Positions 16,050-25,856 of a stretch of 64,000 nt of DNA are shown piece by piece. The stretch is from a virus (lineage: Duplodnaviria > Caudoviricetes): IMG/VR virus record IMGVR_UViG_3300037842_000377, positions 1 to 64,000 of that record. One strand, 5' to 3'. The notes below the pieces were generated by a model. That model was not told where the DNA came from and made no database searches. It saw only the letters and a list, made by a program, of their open reading frames with translations. Each line of letters opens with the position of its first letter. Within the stretch, counting starts at the first letter, position 1. The translations under genes were made by a program, and so were the position numbers.

Positions 16050-16652
16050 ATGGACAGAAGAACATTTAACAAAGCGTTGGGTGGATTATTCGCTGGGGCG
16101 TTTCTACCTATTACTGAGCCTATAGTAGCTGGTATAGTGCCGGGTGCGGCTCATATGCCAAGTCACTTTGGTTTGACACATTTTGGACTGACTAGCAGTT
16201 TTACGTTAGAGCCTATACTAGGAAGTGGAAAGTTAGAACCTTTTATAGATATAGAAGAAGAACCAATAGTAGAGGGTGAGTTCGCTTTCTATGCAGACGA
16301 AGAACGCACCATCGAAAACACGGTTTTCTTTGAGGGGAAAAGTAAGAAGTGGGATGTAGTATCTGAGCCTCAGCCGGAACCTAGTGATCAAACTAATGTT
16401 TTAGAGGGCGAAGTCGTAGGCCGTGTAATAGACGATAGTGCTATGAGGTGTTACTATGAGATGAAATCCGTAGAAATGTTCCTCCCAAACGATGGTGATC
16501 AAATTAACCTCATGGATATCCAGAAGGATAAGCGGTACGACATTGTTCTTAAATTTTCAACGAATGATGCAACGGGTAGCGTAACCATGCGAGACGCCTT
16601 AATCACAGACATAGTAACAGTGAGTGACAATGAAAACAATTTTCAATCTTAA
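16050..16652 (+). CDS. hypothetical protein with Tat-like leader
   Basis: MDRRTFNKALGGLFAGAFL; GAGG RBS. Confidence 0.65.
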   Translation: MDRRTFNKALGGLFAGAFLPITEPIVAGIVPGAAHMPSHFGLTHFGLTSSFTLEPILGSGKLEPFIDIEEEPIVEGEFAFYADEERTIENTVFFEGKSKKWDVVSEPQPEPSDQTNVLEGEVVGRVIDDSAMRCYYEMKSVEMFLPNDGDQINLMDIQKDKRYDIVLKFSTNDATGSVTMRDALITDIVTVSDNENNFQS

Positions 16653-17703
16653 AAACGTGGACCCTATGAGTCAACCCCTATTTATGGGGAAAGATCTAGG
16701 AGTCCAACGTTATGATGTTCTCAAGTATCCGGTCTTCAAAGAACTGGATAGCAAGCAGATGATGAACTTCTGGCGACCCGAAGAAATCGAACTCAAGAAA
16801 GATCGAGGCGATTTCAAGGAAATGTCAGATAACGAAAAGTTTATCTTTACGTCCAATCTCAAGTACCAGACGATGCTGGACAGCGTCATCTGCCGTGGTG
16901 TACCAACGCTGCTTGAATTCGTCACAAATACCGAACTTGAAGCCTGTCTGATGACTTGGCAATTCTTTGAGAAAATTCACTCTCAGAGCTATTCCTACAT
17001 CATTCAGAACGTCTATGCTGACAGTTCAGAGGTTTTTAGTGGGATTTATGACGATAAAGAGATAATTCAGCGGGCAAGTAGTGCTATTCAGGACTATAAT
17101 AACCTGATGGGGATGGCTTGCGAGAGCACCAAACTGTCAGACCTGAGGCGTCAGATTTATATGACGGTCATCAGTATCAACATCTTGGAAGCTGTACGGT
17201 TTTACGTCAGCTTTGTTTGTAGCTTTGCTTTCGCGGAGAACAAGAAGATGGTCGGCAATGCTGATATCATCAAGCTGATCAAGAGGGACGAGGCACTACA
17301 CCTAGCGAACACTCAGGAGATTCTAAAGATCCTCCACAAGGAAGAGAGTGAGGGTTTTATCAAGACCGCTAAACAGTGCCAGAGTGATGCCATTGAGATG
17401 TTTGAGCGTGCCGCTGAAGAAGAAAAGAAGTGGGCCTCATATCTGTTCAAGGACGGTTCAATTATTGGTCTCAACGAAGTAATCCTACATCAGTATATTG
17501 ATTGGCTGTGTATGTCACGCCGAAAGACAATTGGGTTGCCTTATGACAATGTCGGGAAAAACCCTATTGCTGGTTGGACTGAGCACTGGATGAGCAGCGA
17601 ATCAGTGCAAGTTGCCCCTCAGGAACACGAGATCACCAGTTACAAGATTGGTGCTAGTAAGAACGATTTGGAAGACATGGACTTTGGAGATATGACACTA
17701 TGA
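16630..17703 (+). CDS. nrdB: class Ia ribonucleotide reductase beta subunit
   Basis: FWRPEE, EKIHSQSY, LEAVRFYVSF, RDEALH, VAPQE. Confidence 0.97.
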   Translation: MKTIFNLKNVDPMSQPLFMGKDLGVQRYDVLKYPVFKELDSKQMMNFWRPEEIELKKDRGDFKEMSDNEKFIFTSNLKYQTMLDSVICRGVPTLLEFVTNTELEACLMTWQFFEKIHSQSYSYIIQNVYADSSEVFSGIYDDKEIIQRASSAIQDYNNLMGMACESTKLSDLRRQIYMTVISINILEAVRFYVSFVCSFAFAENKKMVGNADIIKLIKRDEALHLANTQEILKILHKEESEGFIKTAKQCQSDAIEMFERAAEEEKKWASYLFKDGSIIGLNEVILHQYIDWLCMSRRKTIGLPYDNVGKNPIAGWTEHWMSSESVQVAPQEHEITSYKIGASKNDLEDMDFGDMTL

Positions 17704-18326
17704 CAGAGCAGCACGCGGATCAGACGGCGAGAATGAATATGATGAATCAGCTTCAGGAAATGGGGCGGGGTCATTTTGACATACCCATGTCTGGTGTATG
17801 TGAGGCGGGAGTAGATGAGAATGGTGATAATTTCTACTTTACCAGTGTTATTGCGAATAGGGATGGTCTACCCAATAAGAACGGAGATATCTTTCCAATA
17901 GATATTAGTGACTGGCCGATGACATGTGGGGTAGCGTTGGCTCTTGAGCACGACAAACCAGTGTTCAATGTGGCGGAGATGATGCCCAATCTCTATTCGT
18001 GTTCACACGGTACTACTCACAAGTACCCTCTGATAGAGTTAATTGACAATGTTATTGGGTGGCACTACGACCGAAATCTAATAGATGGTAGCACAGATAA
18101 GGACCAAACCCTAAAGCTGGCACAGGAGTTGGGTGAGTTGTCCGACAGCGTGTGTAAAGGTAAGGATATCAGGGACGATATCGGGGATATGTTAGTCGTC
18201 ATGCTGAATATTACTGAGAGAAACAATATCTCTCTCGAAGACTGTCTTGAGAAAGCATGGGACGACATTAAAGACCGTAAGGGCAAAATGATCGACGGAA
18301 TCTTCGTCAAAGAATCTGATCTATAA
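17700..18326 (+). CDS. mazG: MazG-like nucleotide pyrophosphohydrolase with N-terminal extension
   Basis: KLAQELGEL..DDIGDMLVV..AWDDIKDRKGKMIDGIFVK. Confidence 0.82.
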   Translation: MTEQHADQTARMNMMNQLQEMGRGHFDIPMSGVCEAGVDENGDNFYFTSVIANRDGLPNKNGDIFPIDISDWPMTCGVALALEHDKPVFNVAEMMPNLYSCSHGTTHKYPLIELIDNVIGWHYDRNLIDGSTDKDQTLKLAQELGELSDSVCKGKDIRDDIGDMLVVMLNITERNNISLEDCLEKAWDDIKDRKGKMIDGIFVKESDL

Positions 18327-18334
18327 GGGGTCAC

Positions 18335-19000
18335 ATGAGAAAAGCTAAAAAAGGTAAAGCGAAAGTGGAAAGATGGAGAGTTACTCCCCTAGAGGCTAAG
18401 ACTGAAAATCAAAAAGACTACATTCGTGATATTGCTGAATATGATATCGTGATATGTTCCGGACCCTCTGGATCTGGCAAGTCTTTCATCGCCTCGGGTA
18501 TGGCTGCTCACAAATTACATAGCGGAGATACTAAGCAAATAATCGTATCTCGCCCATTGGTATCTACAGGCAAAGATATTGGCTCTCTACCCGGAGAGAT
18601 GAACGAGAAGATAGCACCGTATTTACTTCCTATGGAAGAGAACCTCAAATATTTTCTTTCACAGACTTACTACGGACACTATTTCAATAATGGTGCTATT
18701 CAATATCGCCCTCTGGAACTGATGCGTGGAGCAACTTTTCATGATTCATTTATGATTCTGGACGAGGCACAGAACTGTACACTAGATCAGATCAAGATGT
18801 TCATAACACGCATGGGTAGGAATACCAAAGTGTTAATAAATGGTGATATCAACCAGAACGACCTGTATGGCTCAAGCGGGCTAGCTATTTGTATGGATAA
18901 ATTAGAAGACGTTGAGGGGTGTGCTATTTGTGAGTTACAGTATAGCGATATTCAACGTAACGGTCTTCTGGGCAACGTAATTCAAGCACTGGAGAATTAA
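18335..19000 (+). CDS. phoH: PhoH-family ATPase
   Basis: GPSGSGKS, IGSLPG, MRGATF, ILDEAQN, TRMG. Confidence 0.95.
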   Translation: MRKAKKGKAKVERWRVTPLEAKTENQKDYIRDIAEYDIVICSGPSGSGKSFIASGMAAHKLHSGDTKQIIVSRPLVSTGKDIGSLPGEMNEKIAPYLLPMEENLKYFLSQTYYGHYFNNGAIQYRPLELMRGATFHDSFMILDEAQNCTLDQIKMFITRMGRNTKVLINGDINQNDLYGSSGLAICMDKLEDVEGCAICELQYSDIQRNGLLGNVIQALEN

Positions 19001-19360
19001 ATGCCAGATTACGACTATGAGTGCTCAGAGTGTGAGCACTTCCTTGAGGATGTGACACAGGGGATAACTGAAAAACCATTAGAACTCTGTCCAGCGTGTG
19101 GGGAACCCGCGTTGTTCAGAGTTATTTCTGGTGGACTAGGATTCCAAGTGAAGAAGGTGGAGACTATTGGTCAATTAGCGAATAAAAACGCTAAGATCTA
19201 TAAGACCCAAATTGCGGAAGCGGCGGCTAAGAAAAAAGAAGAGACGCCGGAAGAACCCAAGACTTGGGTGGACAAATTTGGCGGAGACGCCACTAGTCAG
19301 GAGATCAACAAAATGTCTCCTAATCAAAAAACACGTTATGTTATGGAAGGTAAAAAATGA
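19001..19360 (+). CDS. FmdB-family zinc-ribbon protein
   Basis: MPDYDYECSEC...CPACG. Confidence 0.85.
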   Translation: MPDYDYECSECEHFLEDVTQGITEKPLELCPACGEPALFRVISGGLGFQVKKVETIGQLANKNAKIYKTQIAEAAAKKKEETPEEPKTWVDKFGGDATSQEINKMSPNQKTRYVMEGKK

Positions 19361-19713
19361 CAGAAAAAAGACAGATGCGTTATGTTGACAAACCCCTTGC
19401 TATTTCAGATACGCGAGAGGAAGAACTCTTCGATAGAACTGGCTCTCTGGTAGAAGAAGAAAATAAGCACAAAGTACCACATTACGCTAAAACGATTTCT
19501 AATATAGAAGCCAACGTTTCGACGGTTTACTATGTCCTGACACACACGGGAACGCTGATGGACCCTATGGGGCCGTACAGTAAGAGACAACGTAATCTTG
19601 ATACCAAAATGAAGCGGGTTTCCAAGGGCACGTTCGATTTGTACTTGACTTACCTCAAGACTAACAATTCTATTTACTTAACGAAGGCACAAAGGGGATT
19701 TTTGAATGACTAA
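19357..19713 (+). CDS. hypothetical protein
   Basis: Coupled ORF in operon. Confidence 0.72.
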   Translation: MTEKRQMRYVDKPLAISDTREEELFDRTGSLVEEENKHKVPHYAKTISNIEANVSTVYYVLTHTGTLMDPMGPYSKRQRNLDTKMKRVSKGTFDLYLTYLKTNNSIYLTKAQRGFLND

Positions 19714-20020
19714 GAAGGGACCACTAAGCAAAGCGGAGAAGTTCTACATTGAGAACCATGTAGACGTGGGAGTGAAGGAACTGTGTAAGGATTTGGACCG
19801 AGCACAAACGGCGGTAAAAAAGTTTATCAGCACGCTTCCTAAAAATAATACCGTAACTACTAAAAGTGAGGGTAAAGGACGAGTGTTTGATCAGTTTGCT
19901 AGAAACGAAGAGGGTGGTGCGACTGTTATGACGCCCGCTGCTGCTGAAATGGCTGATGAAATGAGAAAGAAGCCAACTCAAACTCCCAGAGCAGGCCGCT
20001 GTACTACTACTGTTAAGTAA
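19706..20020 (+). CDS. hypothetical protein (possible N-terminal HTH)
   Basis: LSKAEKFYIENH..VKELCKDLDR. Confidence 0.7.
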   Translation: MTKKGPLSKAEKFYIENHVDVGVKELCKDLDRAQTAVKKFISTLPKNNTVTTKSEGKGRVFDQFARNEEGGATVMTPAAAEMADEMRKKPTQTPRAGRCTTTVK

Positions 20021-20028
20021 GGAAAATC

Positions 20029-20475
20029 ATGGATAATCAAAGATGGGCACAATTCTATCGCAGTAAGAAGAGTAACACTAAGTACGTCTTCATTAAGGCG
20101 ATGACTACTGACGGTGAGCACTTTTTCTGTCAAGATTACGAAGAGTGGTTTGACGTAAAGGAGTACTGTGACAAGAATTCCGTCTTTATTCAGGATTTGC
20201 ACTTGCAATTTCGCTCTAACCGAACTATAATAGATGTAGCAGAAGCTGACGCTATTTATGTTGTACGGTCGGTTTTGGGTGCGATGGGTCAGGAAACGAA
20301 GCACTATCTTACCGTTGGGGTCTTATCTGACGGTAAGATGGTGAAGCGTATGTATATTGTACCAGAGTTGATCAAGGAAAAAGAGTACGAAGACACATTA
20401 GACAACTGTTTCGACGAGGCTTTGATCTACAATGAAAAAACGAAAACGAACAGACAAGAGCAGGTACAAACATGA
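20029..20475 (+). CDS. hypothetical protein
   Basis: ORF with AAGGA RBS. Confidence 0.72.
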   Translation: MDNQRWAQFYRSKKSNTKYVFIKAMTTDGEHFFCQDYEEWFDVKEYCDKNSVFIQDLHLQFRSNRTIIDVAEADAIYVVRSVLGAMGQETKHYLTVGVLSDGKMVKRMYIVPELIKEKEYEDTLDNCFDEALIYNEKTKTNRQEQVQT

Positions 20476-20896
20476 GTCAACAGGCGATCACTGCACCTGT
20501 GCGGCCTACGTGGCTGAAATCATGTGTAAGAAGAACGCCGAGAATAAGAATGAGGGTTCACTACCGCATAAGTTCTGGAGTAAAAAACCGTGGGACTGGA
20601 CCTTCAAACGACAGCTATTCGTAGCTAACAAATTGATCAAGAAATTTAGTGAGGCGGGAATTGTTAAAGCTATCACCTCTAATGAATTCCGAAAGATATT
20701 CTCTCTCAACCATCCTCAGGCAGAGAGAATCATCCGCAAATATCACCTAATAGCGGAAGAACAGAGTAAGGCAGAAAAACAAGAAGTTGTGTACACGGAG
20801 AATCCAACTGTACGCAAGAAGACATACGGTAAAAAGAACATCCTACAAAAGTTGAGGAATATTGAGAATGGCAAAAAAAGCAGCGAAGAAGGATAA
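20432..20896 (+). CDS. hypothetical basic protein
   Basis: ORF upstream of recA. Confidence 0.7.
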   Translation: MKKRKRTDKSRYKHESTGDHCTCAAYVAEIMCKKNAENKNEGSLPHKFWSKKPWDWTFKRQLFVANKLIKKFSEAGIVKAITSNEFRKIFSLNHPQAERIIRKYHLIAEEQSKAEKQEVVYTENPTVRKKTYGKKNILQKLRNIENGKKSSEEG

Positions 20897-21989
20897 TAAC
20901 AAAGAGGTAGGGGACGTATTGATAGATGGTATTACTAAGAAGTACGGTCAGATTATTGAGTCTGGAACTAAGGTGTTGGAAACACTGGAGACATTTGACG
21001 TTCTGAGTGTATCGCCAGCGTTAGATCTCGCCCTAGGAGGCGGCTTCAGAGAGGGACAATGTGTTAATATTACAGGCGATCCAAAAACTGGCAAGACAAC
21101 AACAGCCCTTTATTTCGCTGCTAAGGCACAGAAAGCCGGGAAGAAAGTGTTCTACCTAAACACTGAGGGTCGACTAACCAAAGAGAACTTCACTGGTATC
21201 AAAGGTTTGGATATTGGAGCTATTAGTATTGTACAGGCTACAGATAAAGAACCCAGAGTCTCTGCTGAGACATTCCTAAACACACTAGAAACCCTAATCA
21301 AGCAAGAACCGGGTATAGTGTGTATCGTCGATTCAGCTTCAAACATGGTGCCGGAAGACGAATTAGATGGTGAGATCCGTACGGGTGTGAGAAATGCCCT
21401 ACCTAGGCTACTGTCTATGTTCTTTAAGCGTGTGAGTGGAGACGTAGCTCGAATGAAGTCTATCGTTATCTTCATCACTCACAATATTGCTAACACTGGT
21501 GGTAGCCGCTTCGCCCCAAAGAAGATGGCCGACTGTGGAAACATGTTACAGTTCCAAGTTAATACAAATATGGTGATCACACATCGTGGTAAGTGGGAAG
21601 TACCAAAAGAGTCTGGTAACCATGTGGGTCAAGTTGCCAACTGGAAAATCCTAACCTCTGCCGCTGGAGGTATACCCAACAGTCTTGCTGAGAGTTGGAT
21701 TAAATATGGCGTTGGAATCGATGAGGCACAGGAGATCTGTCACATAGCTACACAGTTCGCCCTGATATCCGCTAAGGGGGCTTGGTATACCGTTGGGTGC
21801 TTCGTCGATAACAAAGATGACCCAACCATCCAAAAACACCTGAAGGCTAATGAGGTGGACCCAGAGGACGCAGAGGCGGTCATCAAAGCGTTCAAGTTCC
21901 AAGGTATGGATAATCTTTCATCTTTTATCACTGAGCAGGAAGACCTTCAAGCATTCTTAATTCAACAAGTAAGAGATATTCTACTATGA
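20868..21989 (+). CDS. recA: RecA/UvsX-like recombinase
   Basis: LDLALGGG, Walker A GDPKTGKTT, Walker B IVDS, KGAWY. Confidence 0.92.
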   Translation: MAKKAAKKDNNKEVGDVLIDGITKKYGQIIESGTKVLETLETFDVLSVSPALDLALGGGFREGQCVNITGDPKTGKTTTALYFAAKAQKAGKKVFYLNTEGRLTKENFTGIKGLDIGAISIVQATDKEPRVSAETFLNTLETLIKQEPGIVCIVDSASNMVPEDELDGEIRTGVRNALPRLLSMFFKRVSGDVARMKSIVIFITHNIANTGGSRFAPKKMADCGNMLQFQVNTNMVITHRGKWEVPKESGNHVGQVANWKILTSAAGGIPNSLAESWIKYGVGIDEAQEICHIATQFALISAKGAWYTVGCFVDNKDDPTIQKHLKANEVDPEDAEAVIKAFKFQGMDNLSSFITEQEDLQAFLIQQVRDILL

Positions 21990-22402
21990 AAGTGACCGGA
22001 CTAAATGGTCTGGAATACATTTTAGACCTAAAGAAATATTCAAAACAAAGATCTAGATGTTCGTCTTACCACCGTATTGCTAGGGAAATCCTTGGAGAAA
22101 AGTTCAAGGGTTACTCTGTCTATGAAGAGGTAAAACTACCGGGAACGGTTAATCCCGCTAAAAAATCCGTTTTATACCTTGACTTTTACGTCCCGAACGC
22201 TAAAATAGGTATTGAGGTTCATGGAGAACAGCACTTCAAGTTCGTTCCCTTTTTTCACAAAACGAAGGCTGGATTTCTTTTCTCTCAGATGAGGGATCGC
22301 CATAAGGCTGACTGGTGTGAGATCAATGAGATTGAGCTAATCGTTTTCAACTACAGTGACCCTGAAGAATATTGGAGAAAGCAAATTGAGTGCTGCTGCT
22401 GA
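21986..22402 (+). CDS. PD-(D/E)XK (Vsr/DUF559-like) endonuclease
   Basis: YLDFYVP..IEVHGEQHF..RD..K..WC. Confidence 0.75.
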   Translation: MKVTGLNGLEYILDLKKYSKQRSRCSSYHRIAREILGEKFKGYSVYEEVKLPGTVNPAKKSVLYLDFYVPNAKIGIEVHGEQHFKFVPFFHKTKAGFLFSQMRDRHKADWCEINEIELIVFNYSDPEEYWRKQIECCC

Positions 22403-22844
22403 CAGGCTGAAAGAGTTTCTCGGAAGAATTGATGAGTATATTACTCTGAAGAACGCTAGTCCTACGGTGTTTAAAGCTGATTTCGCTATGGCGGAAACCT
22501 TTGATCTGGCGACCCTAGATACCTTAACCCAAGACGAGTGCTTCAATTATGCCTTTATGCTGTATCAGTATGCCGACCACATTGCTAGCGAGCGTGCTGG
22601 TCAGGAAAATGTGGCCCGTTGGTGTAGCACATCTCTTAACAGCATCTACGCCCAAGAGTTTGATAGCCAAGTGATTGCTAAACATGAGATTAAAGTGGCT
22701 AGGGTTCTCTTGGAGAATGAACTAGCCAGCAAAATCTATGACTGGAAGGAAGTCGCGGACTCCAGATTGGCAAAGTTAGTAAACCGTGAACAAAACATAC
22801 GGCGAAAGGCCGATATTCTAATTGATAAAGGAAGGCGAAAATGA
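22386..22844 (+). CDS. hypothetical helical protein (possible recombination mediator)
   Basis: TTG start after GGAG; coiled-coil character; position near recA. Confidence 0.6.
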   Translation: MSAAADRLKEFLGRIDEYITLKNASPTVFKADFAMAETFDLATLDTLTQDECFNYAFMLYQYADHIASERAGQENVARWCSTSLNSIYAQEFDSQVIAKHEIKVARVLLENELASKIYDWKEVADSRLAKLVNREQNIRRKADILIDKGRRK

Positions 22845-23299
22845 GTGCGGAAATTCTAAGAAAGATGTTTGACGCATTATCTCCAGAAGATAAGAAAGAA
22901 ATCATGGGGGAAATCATGAAAGATGTCACCAAACGACTTACGTCAACACAAGCTCCTGAGGTGGACCCTGTGGAGCGAAACGAGACCGAGAGACCAGTGT
23001 ACAAACCTCAAACACGACAAGCGGTCGTAAACGAAGATTTCTCTGTGACACCTATTGAGAACCCCAAGGGTCATAGGACACCTGTCAAAGCTAAGACCAA
23101 TCAGTGGTCAGATACGGGAGAAAGTCGCGACGAAGAGTTTGACGCCTCTAAGTACGAAGAAATAGGCAGGACACCTCGTACTAGACAAGCCCCAGAGATA
23201 GTAGATGTAGAGTGTCATGTTTGTAAGAAGATGTTCACGGCAAATGTAAGTACTTTGTATGGAACATTTCACCGTTGTGGTCGTTGTGTAGGAAGATAA
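22841..23299 (+). CDS. hypothetical protein with C-terminal zinc ribbon
   Basis: CHVC...CGRC. Confidence 0.72.
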   Translation: MSAEILRKMFDALSPEDKKEIMGEIMKDVTKRLTSTQAPEVDPVERNETERPVYKPQTRQAVVNEDFSVTPIENPKGHRTPVKAKTNQWSDTGESRDEEFDASKYEEIGRTPRTRQAPEIVDVECHVCKKMFTANVSTLYGTFHRCGRCVGR

Positions 23300-24748
23300 T
23301 TGAGTATGGATCAGAAACTCTCAGACGTTGGTGCTGAACGGGCCGTCTTGGCAGGACTCTTTAGCTATGGGCTTAATGCCTATGTAGAGATAAACGACGT
23401 TATCGACCACGGTAGCTTTGCCCACCAGAACAATCAGGTCATCTATAGATGTATCGAGAAGGTTCTGCAAAATGAGGCGGTTGTAGACGTACCAGCCATC
23501 TTATCTGCTGCACAACAACTCAACCTATCTGACGTTATCAGTACAGATCAGGAGTTGGAATACATCGGTTCCTTGATGGAGTTTCCCATTAAGCAGGACA
23601 ATGTTCTTTTCTTCGCGGCACAGATTAAGAAGTTTGAGTTTGCTCGTAGTGCCAAACGTATTGCTAAGAAGATTGAGAGGGGTATTGACGATATCAATGG
23701 TGACGAATCCATTGATGATATCATCGGCATCGTAGAAAACCCTTTGATGGAGTTCTTACGAGACGATGAGAACGGTCAAAAACCCGAACAGCTTGGCGAT
23801 GGTGCCGATGACTACCTACAATTCTTGATAGAGAATAAGTGTGACCAAATTGGTCTGACCTCTGGATATCCTAGGTATGACGCGGTTATCGGAGGTGGAC
23901 TAAGACGCAAGTGTATTGATATCGTCTCCGCACGTCCCGGCGTTGGTAAGTCTGTATTTGCTGACAACGTGGCACTCCACAACGCTCGTAACGGTATTCC
24001 AGTAATTATGCTGGACACCGAGATGAGTAAAGAGGACCATATGAACAGGCTGGCCGCTCATATTAGTGGTGTGCCTATTAACGAGATTGCCACGGGTAAA
24101 TTCTCAGAGACTGAGGAAAAGTACATCGCTGTCAAGGCCGCGTTCGAAGAGATCAAGGCTCTACCATACACCTACGTTGGTGTTGCTGGTGCTCCATTTG
24201 AGACGATTGTAAACACGATCAAACGTTGGATTCTACGGGAGGTTGGACAGGATGAAGAGGGTCTTACTAACGACTGTTTGGTTGTATACGACTATCTCAA
24301 ACTTATGTCCTCCTCTGGTATTTCTAACAACGTGGCAGAGTATCAAGCCCTAGGGTTTCAGATTACTACTCTACACAACCTTTCTGTTAAGTATGACTTT
24401 GCCTGTATATCATTTATTCAATTGAATCGAGATGGAATCACTAGAGAAGACACCTCTGTTGCTGCTGGGTCAGACCGCATTATCTGGCTTTGTACCTCAT
24501 TTGCTATCTTTAAGCTAAAGTCCCAAGAGGAAATAGCCGAAGATGGTCCTCAGTGCGGAACCCATAAGGCTGTCGTTAAGAAAGCTAGACATGGTGGAGG
24601 TTTAGTGGACGGTAACTATATCAACTTTGCTATGGACGGTGCTCACGCTAGGATCACAGAGATCAGTACTAGGGATGAGGCAATTAATAATCCTAATGGT
24701 GCTCTTGAGGGTGCCAACCAGCCTATTGAGGAAGAATTAGATGGTTAA
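23300..24748 (+). CDS. dnaB: replicative DNA helicase
   Basis: AERAVLAG, ARPGVGKS, DTEMS, VYDYLKL, QLNR, KARHG. Confidence 0.95.
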   Translation: MSMDQKLSDVGAERAVLAGLFSYGLNAYVEINDVIDHGSFAHQNNQVIYRCIEKVLQNEAVVDVPAILSAAQQLNLSDVISTDQELEYIGSLMEFPIKQDNVLFFAAQIKKFEFARSAKRIAKKIERGIDDINGDESIDDIIGIVENPLMEFLRDDENGQKPEQLGDGADDYLQFLIENKCDQIGLTSGYPRYDAVIGGGLRRKCIDIVSARPGVGKSVFADNVALHNARNGIPVIMLDTEMSKEDHMNRLAAHISGVPINEIATGKFSETEEKYIAVKAAFEEIKALPYTYVGVAGAPFETIVNTIKRWILREVGQDEEGLTNDCLVVYDYLKLMSSSGISNNVAEYQALGFQITTLHNLSVKYDFACISFIQLNRDGITREDTSVAAGSDRIIWLCTSFAIFKLKSQEEIAEDGPQCGTHKAVVKKARHGGGLVDGNYINFAMDGAHARITEISTRDEAINNPNGALEGANQPIEEELDG

Positions 24749-24831
24749 GAGCTATATGATTATGTGGCAGCGTGACGGTGACCGTTGTTACTTAATTAAT
24801 GTTTCTAACGGTTTATTCAAGGAGATCCATA

Positions 24832-25035
24832 ATGGGGACTAACGACTACCAATTTTTGGATGTTCCAAGAAATTGTATAGAGGCAGTGATTCCAATCTGC
24901 CCACTGTGTCATGATACAAAGTGTACCGAAATACCCTTACAAACAGTCATCTTAACCATAGACGCTCCATACCGTACAGAGTGCCACTCTTGTAAGAGAT
25001 GGTGGAATACACGCAGAACCAAAATTAGGATATGA
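24832..25035 (+). CDS. small zinc-finger protein
   Basis: AAGGAG RBS; CPLC...CHSC. Confidence 0.6.
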   Translation: MGTNDYQFLDVPRNCIEAVIPICPLCHDTKCTEIPLQTVILTIDAPYRTECHSCKRWWNTRRTKIRI

Positions 25036-25036
25036 A

Positions 25037-25336
25037 ATGATAACACGAAAAGACCTAGGGTTTCTTGGGCTGGAAGTTACAGTGACGCCAGACGATGACT
25101 ATGAATACTTGTTTTGTAAGAACGTTGATGAAAACAGTCACTTCTGGGTTAGGAGAAAAGATGGAATCTTAAACTTCTATCTAGTAGAACCGGACGAGTG
25201 GGATGAGCGTGGTCTGGAGTTTACAAAAATGAGAAACAAACACCAGCTTAACATAAATATTGTAACCAGAGAGACCACCATTATACTACCGAGTAGAAAG
25301 CAGGCGTATCAAGAACTAAATAAGAGGGCGAACTAA
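25037..25336 (+). CDS. hypothetical protein
   Basis: ORF in operon. Confidence 0.62.
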   Translation: MITRKDLGFLGLEVTVTPDDDYEYLFCKNVDENSHFWVRRKDGILNFYLVEPDEWDERGLEFTKMRNKHQLNINIVTRETTIILPSRKQAYQELNKRAN

Positions 25337-25545
25337 TGACTAGAACAGCACTGGTTGTCACAACACTTGTAATCACCCTTGGATTATATGACCTGTACGC
25401 GGTCGCCGTAGGTGGGGTAGAGTTGAGTGTCAGTCGGTTTATGCAGAATTCGGCTTTTGAGGCACCTTTTGTAACCTTTACAGTTGGGTTTATTTGCGGA
25501 CATATTTTTGGCTACATGCCACCACAGACGAGGGGGGAAAGATGA
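25336..25545 (+). CDS. small membrane protein
   Basis: Two hydrophobic segments, GFICGHIF. Confidence 0.7.
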   Translation: MTRTALVVTTLVITLGLYDLYAVAVGGVELSVSRFMQNSAFEAPFVTFTVGFICGHIFGYMPPQTRGER

Positions 25546-25742
25546 ACGAAACATTAATAGATGACGTACTTGGGGGTGCGATTAACGTAGACCACAAAGG
25601 CACTAAGAGATGGAGGTATGTGGCTGATGGTCTAGTACAATATATGGCTCAGAATGAGTTTGCGGACTTTTTCAACGACGTAATCAACAAAGTACAAGAA
25701 GCGGCAAATAGTTGGAAAGATGAATGTCAATCTACGCAATAG
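25542..25742 (+). CDS. hypothetical protein
   Basis: ATGA overlap, GAGG RBS. Confidence 0.6.
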   Translation: MNETLIDDVLGGAINVDHKGTKRWRYVADGLVQYMAQNEFADFFNDVINKVQEAANSWKDECQSTQ

Positions 25743-25856
25743 CCGCTGCTTCTTTCTTGTATCTGATTTGTGCTGTAGATAACTTCCGACAGGGCGATTA
25801 TCCGCACGCTTTAACGTGGTTTTCCTACGCACTGGCAAACACAGGATTGCTCTGGT

